Assembly (NCBI GenBank): GCA_964540755.1
Contig: CAZIOB010000104.1
Location: 5,576 to 69,575 of the forward strand
DNA from: an uncultured Prolixibacteraceae bacterium
GTDB lineage: Bacteria; Bacteroidota; Bacteroidia; Bacteroidales; Prolixibacteraceae
Direction of reading: 5' to 3'
DNA: 64,000 bases
The notes beneath the pieces were generated by a model. That model was not told the origin of the DNA and did not search any database. It saw only the letters and a list, made by a program, of their open reading frames with translations. This document shows positions 17,214-27,872 of the stretch, piece after piece (positions within the stretch are counted from its first letter, which is position 1; every line of letters starts with the position of its first letter). The position numbers and the translations under genes are program-made.

Positions 17214-18125
17214 ATGTATAATAGCGGCAATTCGAATAATCTGTCAGGGAAAAAATTATTATTTGTAATTAATCCAACTGCGGGATTAAAACGGCAGGAT
17301 TATTTTTCAGCGGTTCGGGATGCTGCTGATGATTATGGTTTTCAATATCTGATTTACAAGACCACAGGAAAGAATGACGGCAGGGAGATCCGCCGCCATA
17401 TTGAGGACTTTAATCCTGTAACAGTTGTTGCTGTTGGCGGGGACGGAACCATTAATCTGGTTGCAAAGGAGCTTTTGGGATCCCGTATAAATCTTGGTAT
17501 AATACCAGCCGGATCTGCAAATGGCTTAGCATATAATCTGGGTATTCCGGATGATTTTAGTGAAGCTATGAAGATAATCTCGGTGTCTGCCCCTGAACCA
17601 TTTGATGTTATTAGTATTAATGATAAATATTATTGTCTTCATTTAAGTGATATCGGTATAAACGCAAGAATAGTAAAACGTTTTGAAAAGGAGGGGGATA
17701 AAGGACTTATAGGATATGGCAGGCAGCTCTTTAAGGAATTATTTGAAGACAAAACCTATTTCACCTTAAAGCTTGAGGTACCTGGAAAGTTTATCCGAAA
17801 ACTAAAGGCAGAAATGCTGGTAATAGCTAATGCGGAAAGTTTTGGCACGGGGATGATAATAAATCCCGGGGCCAGTTACAATGACGGCCAGTTTGAAATT
17901 ATTATAATCAGGCCTTATCCCTGGTGGTTTGTTTTTAAATTATTGTTTGCCTCTGTTACCGGCAGGTTCAACAAAATGAAATATATTAAAGTTTTTTCAT
18001 TGAAGAAAGCCAAAGTAATTCTTAGTGAACCTGAAGAATTTCAGGTAGATGGTGAAATAATACCTGATGTATCATCGCTAAAAATCAAAATAATTCCCGG
18101 AGCTTTGCAGGTATTGGGCGCTTAA
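17214..18125 (+). CDS. Diacylglycerol/lipid kinase family protein (YegS/BmrU-like)
   Basis: LLFVINPTAG, VAVGGDGTIN and GIIPAGSANG motifs of the DAGK catalytic domain. Confidence 0.85.
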   Translation: MYNSGNSNNLSGKKLLFVINPTAGLKRQDYFSAVRDAADDYGFQYLIYKTTGKNDGREIRRHIEDFNPVTVVAVGGDGTINLVAKELLGSRINLGIIPAGSANGLAYNLGIPDDFSEAMKIISVSAPEPFDVISINDKYYCLHLSDIGINARIVKRFEKEGDKGLIGYGRQLFKELFEDKTYFTLKLEVPGKFIRKLKAEMLVIANAESFGTGMIINPGASYNDGQFEIIIIRPYPWWFVFKLLFASVTGRFNKMKYIKVFSLKKAKVILSEPEEFQVDGEIIPDVSSLKIKIIPGALQVLGA

Positions 18126-18173
18126 ATAAAAATAACTCACAAATTGTATTGCAACACAGGCAATAGCATTGCA

Positions 18174-19049
18174 TCAGGCCAGCTTCTCATAAGCTTTTTT
18201 TATTTTATTATAAGTATCGGAGCTTATAGCGCTGAGAGGCGGGCGAAGTTCATTTTTTATTATTCCCTGAATGCTGAGAAGCGCTTTTACGCCTGCGGGA
18301 TTACCTTCTTTAAAAAGCAGTTTGAACAATTCAAGTAATTCTAAATGCTGATCCCTTGCATCATCAAAATTGCCCTTGAGGGCTTTATGTATAAGATTAC
18401 TCACTTTTGCAGGAAGAGCGTTGGAAACAACTGAAATGACCCCCTTACCGCCAATTGATATAAGCGGCAGTGACATAGCGTCATCTCCTGAAATAACTGA
18501 AAAATGATCAGGTGCATATTTACATATCTTTGCCATCTGGGCAATATTGCCCGAAGCCTCTTTAACAGCTACTATATTATCAGATTCATTAGCAAGCCTT
18601 ATAACTGTTTCTGCCTTAAGATTTACACCGGTCCGTGAAGGTACATTATATAGTATTATAGGCACCGGACTTTCTTTTGCAATTGATAAATAATGTCTGA
18701 ACATACCTTCCTGGGAAGGTTTATTATAATATGGAGTTACAATCAGAAGAGCATCTACACCTTCGAAATTAAAGTTATTGATCTGCTTTATGATCTTATT
18801 GGTGTTGTTTCCTCCCATGCCTGCAACCAAAGGCAGGTCAGATTTTTGCTTTATGAATTCCACTATCTCCTTTTTCTCTTTTGATGTAAGAGTTGGTGTT
18901 TCAGCAGTTGTGCCAAGGGCAACCAGGTAGTCTGTCCCGCCTTTCAACTGATTCCCGATGATTTTTTCCAATCCGTTAAAATCTATTTCCTTGTTTTCCC
19001 TGAAAGGAGTAACCAATGCTACACCAGCTCCTGTGAAAAGTTTATCCAT
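18174..19049 (-). CDS. dapA: 4-hydroxy-tetrahydrodipicolinate synthase
   Basis: GVALVTPF, GTTAE, YNKP and LYNVPSRTG motifs. 291 aa. Confidence 0.92.
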   Translation of the reverse strand: MDKLFTGAGVALVTPFRENKEIDFNGLEKIIGNQLKGGTDYLVALGTTAETPTLTSKEKKEIVEFIKQKSDLPLVAGMGGNNTNKIIKQINNFNFEGVDALLIVTPYYNKPSQEGMFRHYLSIAKESPVPIILYNVPSRTGVNLKAETVIRLANESDNIVAVKEASGNIAQMAKICKYAPDHFSVISGDDAMSLPLISIGGKGVISVVSNALPAKVSNLIHKALKGNFDDARDQHLELLELFKLLFKEGNPAGVKALLSIQGIIKNELRPPLSAISSDTYNKIKKAYEKLA

Positions 19050-19105
19050 ATGGTATTAATTATAAATTATAAAATAACTTTTATTTAATTTTTTTAAGCG
19101 GAATT

Positions 19106-19624
19106 CTATATCATTTTTTCATTCAACTGACTAAGATAGAAAATTTGTTGTTTTGCAAGATAGAGTGCATCCAGTTTACCGTTAATTTTAATATTAAGAT
19201 CAAAGAAATTATTTTCATCCGGTGACCATCCTGTCTTGAATTTTGCTCTGCTGAGTGCAGTTATATAATCCAGTACCATGTTTTGCTCAAGGGCAATATT
19301 CATAAGAAGGTCAAACTCCGTATTAATGAAATCATCTGCGATTCCCTTTTTAGGGAAACCCATCCAGTTAATGCCCTTTGATGTTATTATGTTTGTCTCT
19401 GATGATTGCTCCGAATTTTCAATATTCACACACAAGTTCCTGAAAATAGCCTGCTTTTGCAAAAAATAATTATATAAAAAAATATATGCTTCGTTTTGAG
19501 ATGGCTGCCACAATACTCCTACCTTTTTAATTTCATCAGGATGAGGCAGTTTTACATGGCGATTTAATGGTCCAGCCTTTTTTCGAAGTTTCCTGTAAGC
19601 ATATTTGGTTAACAATTGCATCAA
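19106..19624 (-). CDS. Hypothetical protein (conserved Bacteroidota type, function unknown)
   Basis: 172-aa ORF in tight same-strand spacing with its neighbours. I recognise no motif. Confidence 0.5.
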   Translation of the reverse strand: MMQLLTKYAYRKLRKKAGPLNRHVKLPHPDEIKKVGVLWQPSQNEAYIFLYNYFLQKQAIFRNLCVNIENSEQSSETNIITSKGINWMGFPKKGIADDFINTEFDLLMNIALEQNMVLDYITALSRAKFKTGWSPDENNFFDLNIKINGKLDALYLAKQQIFYLSQLNEKMI

Positions 19625-19686
19625 AAATATATTAAAAAAATACCTGAATGATAGTTCTTCAGTTAGTTATTGAAAGTTACATTTTT

Positions 19687-20751
19687 TCAGGGAGATTTTT
19701 CCCTGGTTAGACGTTCTTTTTCCTTTCTTCTTAGTATTTCAAGATATTCGTAAGTCAGCGGACGATATTGTGTATCATATGATTCAAGAGCCCAATAAAC
19801 AGCCTTGTCCAGGTTGCCAAGTATTTCATAACATACAGCAATATTGAACTGAGCCTTGCTCTTCAGTGATTCGGAGTTTGTATTTTCAATAGTTTCTTTT
19901 AAGAGGGTTACAGCTTTCTGGCATTCACCTGTATTTAAGAGTTCTGCGGCACGCTGAATATTTTTATTGCCTCCTGCAAAGTATTTTCTTCTTTCAGTAT
20001 GCCATTTGACAGCAATTTTATCTGATAGTTCAAGGGCAACCGCAATACCTGTTTCAGTGAGCGCCTGTTTAACGGGAGTGAAATGTTGAAAAAGTAAGCG
20101 GGCGGAGTGATCTGCATCCTCCCATAATAGTGTGTCTCTGATCCACTCACTGAGAAGTACCGACTTATTTTCAGGATAATATACCCTGAAAAGAGCTTCG
20201 TAATATATTTTCATTTCAGCAACAGAAGCTGAATAGAAACCGTTTTGATATGGATCATAATAGGTCTTATTATCATATTGAGATTTAATTCTCGTTTTGA
20301 GATGGTCAAGCGATAATACCGCATCAACATCAAAGCTTTGAGTAAGGTTTTCAACTTTATCCCATGACAGCAGTGATGGTTTTCCTGATTCTCCTGCCGG
20401 TTCTATGAAACGTTTCTTCGGTATTACAAAATCGTATCGTCCCGACTCAAAAAGTAATTCCCCCAAGGCCTTTAATGTAGTATCAGCCATTTGAAAATCA
20501 TAGATGACCGTATCCATGTCAAACCGCTGCTTATAGAATAATTTTTGTAATGAATCAGAAGATACATTTGTATAATTCTGATCAACTGTCTGAGATACAA
20601 TTGCCAGACTCTGAACTGCCGGCGGGAGTTCCTTTGGCGAAGGATTGGGTATGTCAATAAGCAATGAGTTAGTGGATACGCATGAGAAAGCTGTTACTGA
20701 TATCAACAGCAACAACAGGTAGTTCCTTTTTTTTACATTTTTTAATATCAT
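19687..20751 (-). CDS. Hypothetical lipoprotein with a C-terminal TPR-like region
   Basis: Lipobox SVTAFSC. The C-terminal ...CQKAVTLLKETIE...AQFNIAVCYEILGNLDKAVYWALESY... is TPR-like. Confidence 0.55.
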   Translation of the reverse strand: MILKNVKKRNYLLLLLISVTAFSCVSTNSLLIDIPNPSPKELPPAVQSLAIVSQTVDQNYTNVSSDSLQKLFYKQRFDMDTVIYDFQMADTTLKALGELLFESGRYDFVIPKKRFIEPAGESGKPSLLSWDKVENLTQSFDVDAVLSLDHLKTRIKSQYDNKTYYDPYQNGFYSASVAEMKIYYEALFRVYYPENKSVLLSEWIRDTLLWEDADHSARLLFQHFTPVKQALTETGIAVALELSDKIAVKWHTERRKYFAGGNKNIQRAAELLNTGECQKAVTLLKETIENTNSESLKSKAQFNIAVCYEILGNLDKAVYWALESYDTQYRPLTYEYLEILRRKEKERLTREKSP

Positions 20752-20761
20752 TTTTTTCTCC

Positions 20762-22849
20762 TTAATAAAGGCCCCAATATTTCCTCAAAAACCATTCCAC
20801 GCCCAGTAGTGTTGATAAAACAAAAAACAACCATCGAATGTTTAGTAACTCATCTATCATGCTCTGAAGATAAGTTACAGATTGCAAACTTTTACTGTCA
20901 GCCAGCCTTTTGTCAATTTCTTCCGCCTGTTCCGGAAACAGAAAATCACCCCCGCTGCGGACTGCTAACTGATATAGTATCCGGTGATTGGCCCGTGTAA
21001 TTATATTTTCGATATTGACAGCAGTAATTGTAAAACGGCCTTCTTCAGAAAAAGTTTCCTGTCCGGCTGTGACCTCTGCATTAAAAATATAGTTTCCTAC
21101 GGGTAAATTGCCTGCATTCAATAAGTATTCCTCTTCTGACACATCAAATGTAAAATTAAATTCTTCACTTTTTTCATTTTTGATTAATATTGTTATCTCA
21201 GCGTTGGAAATTTTTTCAAAGGCTTCGTTATAAACCTCAGCTGTCATTATTACATCTTCAATCTCATCATAAACAGATTTATAATCTATCATGAAATTAT
21301 CTTCATTTTCCCGTAATGCAAGGAATTGCACCAGCTGAGTGATCAATTCGTTGAATTCTTTATGTGACCGGTTTAAATAGTAATTATATATTCTCCATTT
21401 CCATATTCCCTCGCCAAAAATTATACCCGTTTTTTTCCCCTTCATTATTCCGGTGGCAAGCAGAGGTTTTTGTGTTTCTATGTTATTCAGTTTCTGATAG
21501 AGCAGTATATCGAACCGGGGGTCAATCCGGTAATTTGCAAATGGCACCTGTAACGGAGGCAGTCCGGGTATCAGGCTTTTAAGGTCTTCACTAAGATTAA
21601 AAGTTGCAAAAGAAGAATTTACAACAGCCTGTGCTTCTTCACGGGATCCGGCAAGTGGATTAATATCTATTCCCTCGGCAATTGTGTTCATCTGAGGGAG
21701 AAAAGTCTTATTTCCGATAATAAAAAGAACAGGGACTCTCAGGTTTTTGCTTTCAGTTATCAGATTGGCCATTGATTTAGCCGGTGTTGGCAACTGATTC
21801 ATAATAATCAGGTTAAACTCGTGTATGTTGGAAGGGTAAGGTTCTTCTGTAAATACAGATACCTCAAATGACTGCTGTTGTTCCAAAGTATTTTTGACAG
21901 CGCCGATATCGGGATGAGGACCATCTGAAATAATCAATATTTTTTGTTTATTCTTTAATACATTTACTACGAATTCAGATCTGTTGTTTTTTATATTTCG
22001 TTCATTTTTCAGAATTTCTATATTGGCTGTAAAGTGTTTTAGTCCGGCTGCACCTGCATCAAGGATGAACTCGTCAGAACGAAAAAAATCATTATCAGGC
22101 GGTGTGATTACTTTTTCAGCCAGAATATCCCCGCCCTGTTTTATTGAAAGTTTTAGAGGCCTGCCTTTCAGCTTACGGAATTTAGTATTTATCTCAACAG
22201 GAAAACTGTTGCCTGAAAAGGCAGTCCGGTTAACCCTCACATTCTGAATAAGGGCATCAATGACCTCTGTCGTGTCTCCAAGACCTATTGTATAAAACGG
22301 GAAATTAACATCGTGCAGCATATTCAGGGGATTCAGGCCTTTATTATATAATCCGTCACCGGCAAGTATAAGCGCCCCGATATTTTCATTATAGTGATTA
22401 TTAAGGATTGTTGATATCAAATTGCTGTAGTCGGATTTTTTACCTGTAAAATTCAGGGTTTTTAATATCTCTGTTTCCTGTCCGAAGGAATAGCTTATAG
22501 TTTTATACTCCTTTTGCAGTTGTCTTGTAACTGTTTCTTTAAGGTTATTTATCCTGTCAGTTAGTTCAAGAGAATCGCCTGCAGAAATAACCGATGCGGA
22601 ATTGTCCCATGCTGTTACAATAAGGGGCGGGCGGATAATCTTTTTTTGACTTCTGATGAAAGGGGATAATAATAATACTCCGGTTAAAAAGAAAGAGAGG
22701 AATCGCAAAAACATTAAAAGTTTTAGTCTGCTGCTGCCAATCTCTTCATTTTCCCTGTTCCTGTAATAGAGAGTTAATACAACTGCCAGCGCTGCCAGAA
22801 TAATTAAAGGCAAAATTATATACCAATATTTAGTTCCAAATGATATCAA
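20762..22849 (-). CDS. Membrane protein with an N-terminal double transmembrane segment and a vWA-like (DxSxS) domain; BatA/BatB-related architecture
   Basis: Two N-terminal TM helices. The WDNSAS motif resembles a MIDAS DxSxS. There is a second Rossmann-like region (KILIISDGPHPDIG) and a C-terminal TM helix. The family assignment is tentative. Confidence 0.5.
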   Translation of the reverse strand: MISFGTKYWYIILPLIILAALAVVLTLYYRNRENEEIGSSRLKLLMFLRFLSFFLTGVLLLSPFIRSQKKIIRPPLIVTAWDNSASVISAGDSLELTDRINNLKETVTRQLQKEYKTISYSFGQETEILKTLNFTGKKSDYSNLISTILNNHYNENIGALILAGDGLYNKGLNPLNMLHDVNFPFYTIGLGDTTEVIDALIQNVRVNRTAFSGNSFPVEINTKFRKLKGRPLKLSIKQGGDILAEKVITPPDNDFFRSDEFILDAGAAGLKHFTANIEILKNERNIKNNRSEFVVNVLKNKQKILIISDGPHPDIGAVKNTLEQQQSFEVSVFTEEPYPSNIHEFNLIIMNQLPTPAKSMANLITESKNLRVPVLFIIGNKTFLPQMNTIAEGIDINPLAGSREEAQAVVNSSFATFNLSEDLKSLIPGLPPLQVPFANYRIDPRFDILLYQKLNNIETQKPLLATGIMKGKKTGIIFGEGIWKWRIYNYYLNRSHKEFNELITQLVQFLALRENEDNFMIDYKSVYDEIEDVIMTAEVYNEAFEKISNAEITILIKNEKSEEFNFTFDVSEEEYLLNAGNLPVGNYIFNAEVTAGQETFSEEGRFTITAVNIENIITRANHRILYQLAVRSGGDFLFPEQAEEIDKRLADSKSLQSVTYLQSMIDELLNIRWLFFVLSTLLGVEWFLRKYWGLY

Positions 22850-23130
22850 ATTATTCTATTTTTTTATTCCGTTCCGGCGGATCGGAAAATTACACTAAAT
22901 CTTTTCAAAATTTATTATTTAACGGTATTTTATCTTCGCTTATTATTTAGACAAAGATACGGAACTGCCAATTAAAACAATATTATTCAGAATGCATAAC
23001 CTGGAAAAGAATTATTTAAAAGAAAAATATTTTGCATGTGCCAAAAATATCAGCCGTTTATGCTATTTAAGTCATGAAAGATTGTCTCTGATTATCAGAA
23101 GGTATTTGGAAAGACCTTACCTGATAGCTG

Positions 23131-24234
23131 CTAATTTGGCACATCAGACCAGGAGGCACGCTTATGCAATGAGGTAATGGCATTTTTACGTCGGAGAATG
23201 TGAGAAGGAATAAATGAGAGAATAATTCCCAGAGAGAGAAGGAATGCAAACTGGATGGTGTGACTTTTGCATAAGATGTCTATGAGCAAGGTGATACCAA
23301 TTAGAGCAATATTTGCAGCAATAAGTATCAGTGTTACTTTGAGATGGTCGGGGTACAGAGAAAGAAGCCTGTGATGAATATGATTATTGTCAGGTGCAAA
23401 AGGAGATTTACCATTCATCAACCGTATTGTAATTACCCTTAAAGTATCAATCAGCGGCACTATCACAAGGCTAAAGGAGAATACAGGGGCAGAATCAAAT
23501 ATGTTTATAATATCAGTGCTGACAGTAAGCTGGTTGAATTTTACTATCAGAGTGGCTATTATTATTCCGATTATGAGAGATCCTGTATCACCCATGAACA
23601 TTTTATTCTGTTTCCCGAAAACATTGAAGATAAAAAATCCTGCGAGAGACCCGGCCAGGGCAAATGACATCACAGATAACTGAATATGTCCACCCTCAAA
23701 AAACCAGATGCCTAAAATTATGGATGCCAAAATTCCGAGGCCTGATGCAAGGCCATCAATACCGTCAATAAGATTGAAAGAATTTATGATTGCCAGCATA
23801 ACAAAAAGCGTAACCAGGAAACTTGAAAAGGTATTAATCTTGTGTAATCCGAAAAGTCCCTGAAAATCTGTTATCTGAACATTTCCGTAACCAAAAAGGA
23901 TAATGACTGCAATTATCTGGATTATAATTTTTTTTCTGGCAGATATTCTTACCAGGTCATCTTTAAGTCCGATAAAAAATATGAGAATTAATGCCGCAAC
24001 CAGGTATTTCAATGTTAAAGTTGTATAACCATGCGTGAATATGAGGGAGTTCATTATAAATCCTATAAATATTGCTACTCCGCCCAAAGGAACAATGGCG
24101 GATTTGTGGATTTTTCTTTTTTCGAAGTAATCAAACAGTTTTTTCTCATTTGCAACACGGATTATAGGGGGTATCAGAATAATAACTGATATAAATCCGC
24201 TAAAGAAAGTCAGAATGATTATTAAAAGCGTCAT
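23131..24234 (-). CDS. Polyprenyl-phosphate N-acetylhexosamine-1-phosphate transferase (WecA/MraY family, GT4)
   Basis: Polytopic. Motifs GLKDDL and NSFNLIDGIDGLASG, plus HIHHRL near the C-terminus. Confidence 0.85.
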   Translation of the reverse strand: MTLLIIILTFFSGFISVIILIPPIIRVANEKKLFDYFEKRKIHKSAIVPLGGVAIFIGFIMNSLIFTHGYTTLTLKYLVAALILIFFIGLKDDLVRISARKKIIIQIIAVIILFGYGNVQITDFQGLFGLHKINTFSSFLVTLFVMLAIINSFNLIDGIDGLASGLGILASIILGIWFFEGGHIQLSVMSFALAGSLAGFFIFNVFGKQNKMFMGDTGSLIIGIIIATLIVKFNQLTVSTDIINIFDSAPVFSFSLVIVPLIDTLRVITIRLMNGKSPFAPDNNHIHHRLLSLYPDHLKVTLILIAANIALIGITLLIDILCKSHTIQFAFLLSLGIILSFIPSHILRRKNAITSLHKRASWSDVPN

Positions 24235-24614
24235 CTCTCATATTATTAGAATAGCAAATATAATTAATGTAATTTGATTATTAAAATTATTTAATCATTA
24301 GCAAATTAGACGTAACGAATTGATTTACAATAAATAGAATAAATGAATCTATAATACAAAAATTTTACTCAAAATTTATCTTATTTTTAACCAGTAGTTT
24401 ATGGCTTGAATGATTAATTACTGAGGCTCCTGCTAAAAAGATTATTTGTCAACAGATATCATGAAAATTTAACTGCTTCTTGATTTAGAAGATTGTATTT
24501 TATGTTTATATGATTTTGTATTTAATTATATTTACAGGAAATACATGTTTTATATTTTTCGCAGCAGTTTTATTATTAAAATAATGTTAATTTTTTCTTA
24601 ACAGGCATTCCTGT

Positions 24615-25526
24615 TTATTCTTTTTGATAAGCTCTCCTGTTTGCATAATTCAGGATGATCAGCGCAATTGCTATAACAATCATGCCACTTATGGAAATCA
24701 TATCCGGTTTTTCATCTTCAAGGATTATCCAGCTAAGAATAGCTCCTGAAACAGGTATTAGGAATTTCCATACATTAAGGATTGAAACTTTAACTCCCGG
24801 GCGTTTCAGGAGAGAGAACCATATGGCAAAAGCTGCGGCTGACAAAAAGCTGAGCCACCCCAGCGCCAGGAAATATTTGAAAGGGAAAGGGCCTGAAGGG
24901 ATACCCTCTACCGGAAAGGATACCAAAAGCAACATCAGTCCCCCGGCCATCAGGGATCCCGAGCTTAGCACAAGCGGTGAAATACATGCGGGGCTCTTTG
25001 ATACCAAAACGTTTGAATAGCCGGAAATCAGGTTATTTACCAGTAAAAGGCCTATGCCAAGCAGCTCTGTACCTGCAGATATTGTTGTCATTGTGCGTCC
25101 CGATGTGATAATAACTATGCCGGCCACCCCTATAAAAATACTTAATGTTTTTAATGGGGTCATCTTATCATTTGGAAAGGAAAAATGGGCAACTATAGCG
25201 ACAAAAAGAGGGGATGAACCGATTATCATAGCTGCAAGGGATCCCGGGACCATGTTAATACCGCTGTAGAAAAGGGCATAATGCACAAAAGTATTGACTA
25301 TGGAAACGAGTAATATGAATTTGTAGTTGCTCTTCAGCTCAGCAAAAAATTTTGCAGGATTGTAAAATAATATGAAAATAATGATACCTGAAATGAAAAA
25401 ACGGATACCGGCAAATTGAAACGGGGTATGGTACTGAAGCCCGATTTTAACGCCGGCGAAAGCAGTTGACCATAGCCAGCATGCAAGTATTGCCAAAAAA
25501 GTTGTACTTTTTAAATAGTTTTTCAT
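24615..25526 (-). CDS. EamA/DMT-superfamily transporter
   Basis: 303 aa with about 10 TM helices arranged as two EamA-like halves. Confidence 0.8.
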   Translation of the reverse strand: MKNYLKSTTFLAILACWLWSTAFAGVKIGLQYHTPFQFAGIRFFISGIIIFILFYNPAKFFAELKSNYKFILLVSIVNTFVHYALFYSGINMVPGSLAAMIIGSSPLFVAIVAHFSFPNDKMTPLKTLSIFIGVAGIVIITSGRTMTTISAGTELLGIGLLLVNNLISGYSNVLVSKSPACISPLVLSSGSLMAGGLMLLLVSFPVEGIPSGPFPFKYFLALGWLSFLSAAAFAIWFSLLKRPGVKVSILNVWKFLIPVSGAILSWIILEDEKPDMISISGMIVIAIALIILNYANRRAYQKE

Positions 25527-25817
25527 ACTATATATGTTTTTTTAAAATTGTTTAACACCCGGATCAGTAAGTGATATTCCCGCATAAATATTTTTGATTT
25601 TTTGGCTATATCGGCCTCGTCAGGAATATTGAAAGGTCAGGCAAAGGTTCTAAAATATTCTGTAAAAATTTATCCGGCATTTAAAATATGGAACAACAGG
25701 GCTAAAAATTCAATCCCAATTTAAACAACCCGGTTTATTTTTATTTACGCCGGCTCTTGTAATAAGAAATAAAATTAAAAATGATTTATTTTGCATCATG
25801 TAAAAAATTTTATTCTT

Positions 25818-26285
25818 ATGGGAAAGACTATCGTTAATAATTATAAAGAATTTGAAGCTTTGCTGGGAAAAGAGATTGGTGTTTCCGATTATATAAAGAT
25901 AACCCAGGAACAGATCAATAAATTTGCGGATGCTACATTTGATTATCAGTGGATACATACTGACCCGGTTCGTGCAGCCAAAGAATCACCATTTAAAAGT
26001 ACAATAGCTCATGGCTATCTGACTGTTTCACTGCTTACTTATCTCTGGTATATGATTATTGATGTCCGAAATGTCAAGATGATTGTCAATTATGGAATTG
26101 AGAAATTACGTTTTCAGCAGCCCGTGCTGGTAAATGACAGAATAAGAGCCCGTGTTTGGCTTAATGATATCCGGAATCTCAGGGGTATTGCAAAAATCCG
26201 GGTAAAGATAGTAGTTGAAATAGAAGGGGAAAAAAAACCTGCTTATGATGCCCTTGTGACATTCCTGTATCATTTTTCCTCCTGA
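25818..26285 (+). CDS. MaoC-like (R)-specific enoyl-CoA hydratase / hot-dog fold dehydratase (NodN-like)
   Basis: FADATFDYQWIHTDPVRA...TIAHGYLTVSLL hot-dog motif. I prefer the start MGKTIV over the upstream ATG at 25791. Confidence 0.8.
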   Translation: MGKTIVNNYKEFEALLGKEIGVSDYIKITQEQINKFADATFDYQWIHTDPVRAAKESPFKSTIAHGYLTVSLLTYLWYMIIDVRNVKMIVNYGIEKLRFQQPVLVNDRIRARVWLNDIRNLRGIAKIRVKIVVEIEGEKKPAYDALVTFLYHFSS

Positions 26286-26472
26286 TATAGGTTAAAGTTG
26301 TATCCTCAGTGTTCAAACGGAACGTCAATGATGCTGTTAATGACAAAAAATTAAGAGGGTGGAGTACATGGGTAGTCTGAATGTACTGGAATTCACCAAT
26401 GCTATGAAACAGTATCCGGGCATAGTATCCGTCGCTATGCTGATTATTGAATAGAGAAGCCTGCATTTTTAC

Positions 26473-26952
26473 TTATGGATTCTCCTGTTCAAGTTTTTCC
26501 AGTAGTCCCTTGCATGAATCTTCCAAAAGGTCCAGAACCAGTTCGAATCCCTCTTCACCGCCATAATACGGATCAGGAATTTCAAGATAATTCCATTCCT
26601 TTCTGAAGTCTGTCATCTTATATATTTTATTCAGGTCCTCTTCATTCCTGGCTATGTCATTCAATGAATAAAGAATTTCGTCATCCATAGCTATGATCAT
26701 ATCATACAGATCGAAATCCGTTTCGGGATTTATCTGGCGGGAGATACTGTCAAGGTAATATCCCCTTTCTATTGCATGCTGCTGCATTCTGTTATCTGCA
26801 GGTTTCCCTTCAAACCAGTTACTTGTCCCAGCAGAATTAACTTTATATTTGTCGCTTATACCCCTGAATTTTAGTAAACCCTTAAAAACTGCCTCAGCGC
26901 TTGGTGAACGGCAAATATTCCCCAGGCAAACGAATAGTATTCTTTTTCTCAT
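26473..26952 (-). CDS. Low-molecular-weight protein-tyrosine phosphatase
   Basis: The P-loop ILFVCLGNICRSP (CX5R) lies near the N-terminus, and there is a DP motif near the C-terminus. Confidence 0.9.
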   Translation of the reverse strand: MRKRILFVCLGNICRSPSAEAVFKGLLKFRGISDKYKVNSAGTSNWFEGKPADNRMQQHAIERGYYLDSISRQINPETDFDLYDMIIAMDDEILYSLNDIARNEEDLNKIYKMTDFRKEWNYLEIPDPYYGGEEGFELVLDLLEDSCKGLLEKLEQENP

Positions 26953-27088
26953 ATGTTTAAAATTTTATAATTATAACAAAATAAATTAATTAAAAATTTA
27001 AGAACCTATGGAACCACTTCGTTCTCACATAAATTTTTTTAATCATACTCCTGGATTACGACTTTACCGGGATGCCCGTTTCAGTTCA

Positions 27089-27865
27089 TCAGATACTTTT
27101 ATCATTCCAGATTTCGTACGAGGCAAGCGCTTGTAATACAAGCATTTCATAGCCATTTTTAACAGTTGCCCCTTGTGCTTTCCCCTTTTTCATAAATGCT
27201 GTAACACCGGGATTATAAACTAAATCAAAAAGAAGATGTTTTTCCGTGAGATATTTATAAGGGATCGGAGGAAATTTGTCAACCTGCGGGTATGTTCCCA
27301 GGGGAGTAGCATTAATGACAAGCAATCGCCGGCTGATCATATCTTTATCAATATCTTCGTACTTAATCTCATTTTCTTTTAATTCCTCTATTGATGCAGA
27401 AATGTAATTTATTTCAAGCTTGTCGAGAACATACCTGACAGCTTTAGATGCCCCTCCTGTCCCCAGTACCAGAGCTTTTTTGTGATAACTTTTAAGAAGA
27501 GGGCTCAGTGATTTTTCAAAACCCCGGATATCGGTATTAAATCCTTTTAACTTTACCTGTTCTCCTGACCTGATTATTTTAATAGTATTCACAGCCCCCA
27601 CTAAGCCGGCATCCTCATTAAGTTCATCAAGAAATTTTATGACTTTTTCCTTATAAGGGATAGTTACATTTAATCCGGATAATCCGGGATTATCTCTTAT
27701 TATTCCGGGTAGCAGTGATATATCATCTATCTCAAAATTTTCATATTCTGCGTCTATATTCTCCTTTTTAAATTTTTCGGAAAAAAAACTTTTTGAAAAA
27801 GAATGAGCAAGAGGATAACCTATTAAACCATATTTTCTGTGAAATCCTGAATGATGAAAATTCAT
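27089..27865 (-). CDS. aroE: Shikimate dehydrogenase
   Basis: YGLIGYPLAHSFS, NVTIPYK, NTD and LGTGGASKAV motifs. Confidence 0.85.
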   Translation of the reverse strand: MNFHHSGFHRKYGLIGYPLAHSFSKSFFSEKFKKENIDAEYENFEIDDISLLPGIIRDNPGLSGLNVTIPYKEKVIKFLDELNEDAGLVGAVNTIKIIRSGEQVKLKGFNTDIRGFEKSLSPLLKSYHKKALVLGTGGASKAVRYVLDKLEINYISASIEELKENEIKYEDIDKDMISRRLLVINATPLGTYPQVDKFPPIPYKYLTEKHLLFDLVYNPGVTAFMKKGKAQGATVKNGYEMLVLQALASYEIWNDKSI

Positions 27866-27872
27866 ATTCGTT

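Noticed and set aside
22992-23177. 61-aa plus-strand ORF in the spacer and overlapping the 3' end of the WecA-family gene
   Set aside because: It overlaps a confident CDS on the other strand, its composition is arbitrary, and it has no motifs.
26358-26444. 28-aa ORF (MGSLNVLEFTNAMKQYPGIVSVAMLIIE) preceded by a purine-rich stretch, downstream of the MaoC gene
   Set aside because: It is too short to evaluate. It could be a remnant of a decayed gene, but no frame-extended similarity is visible.
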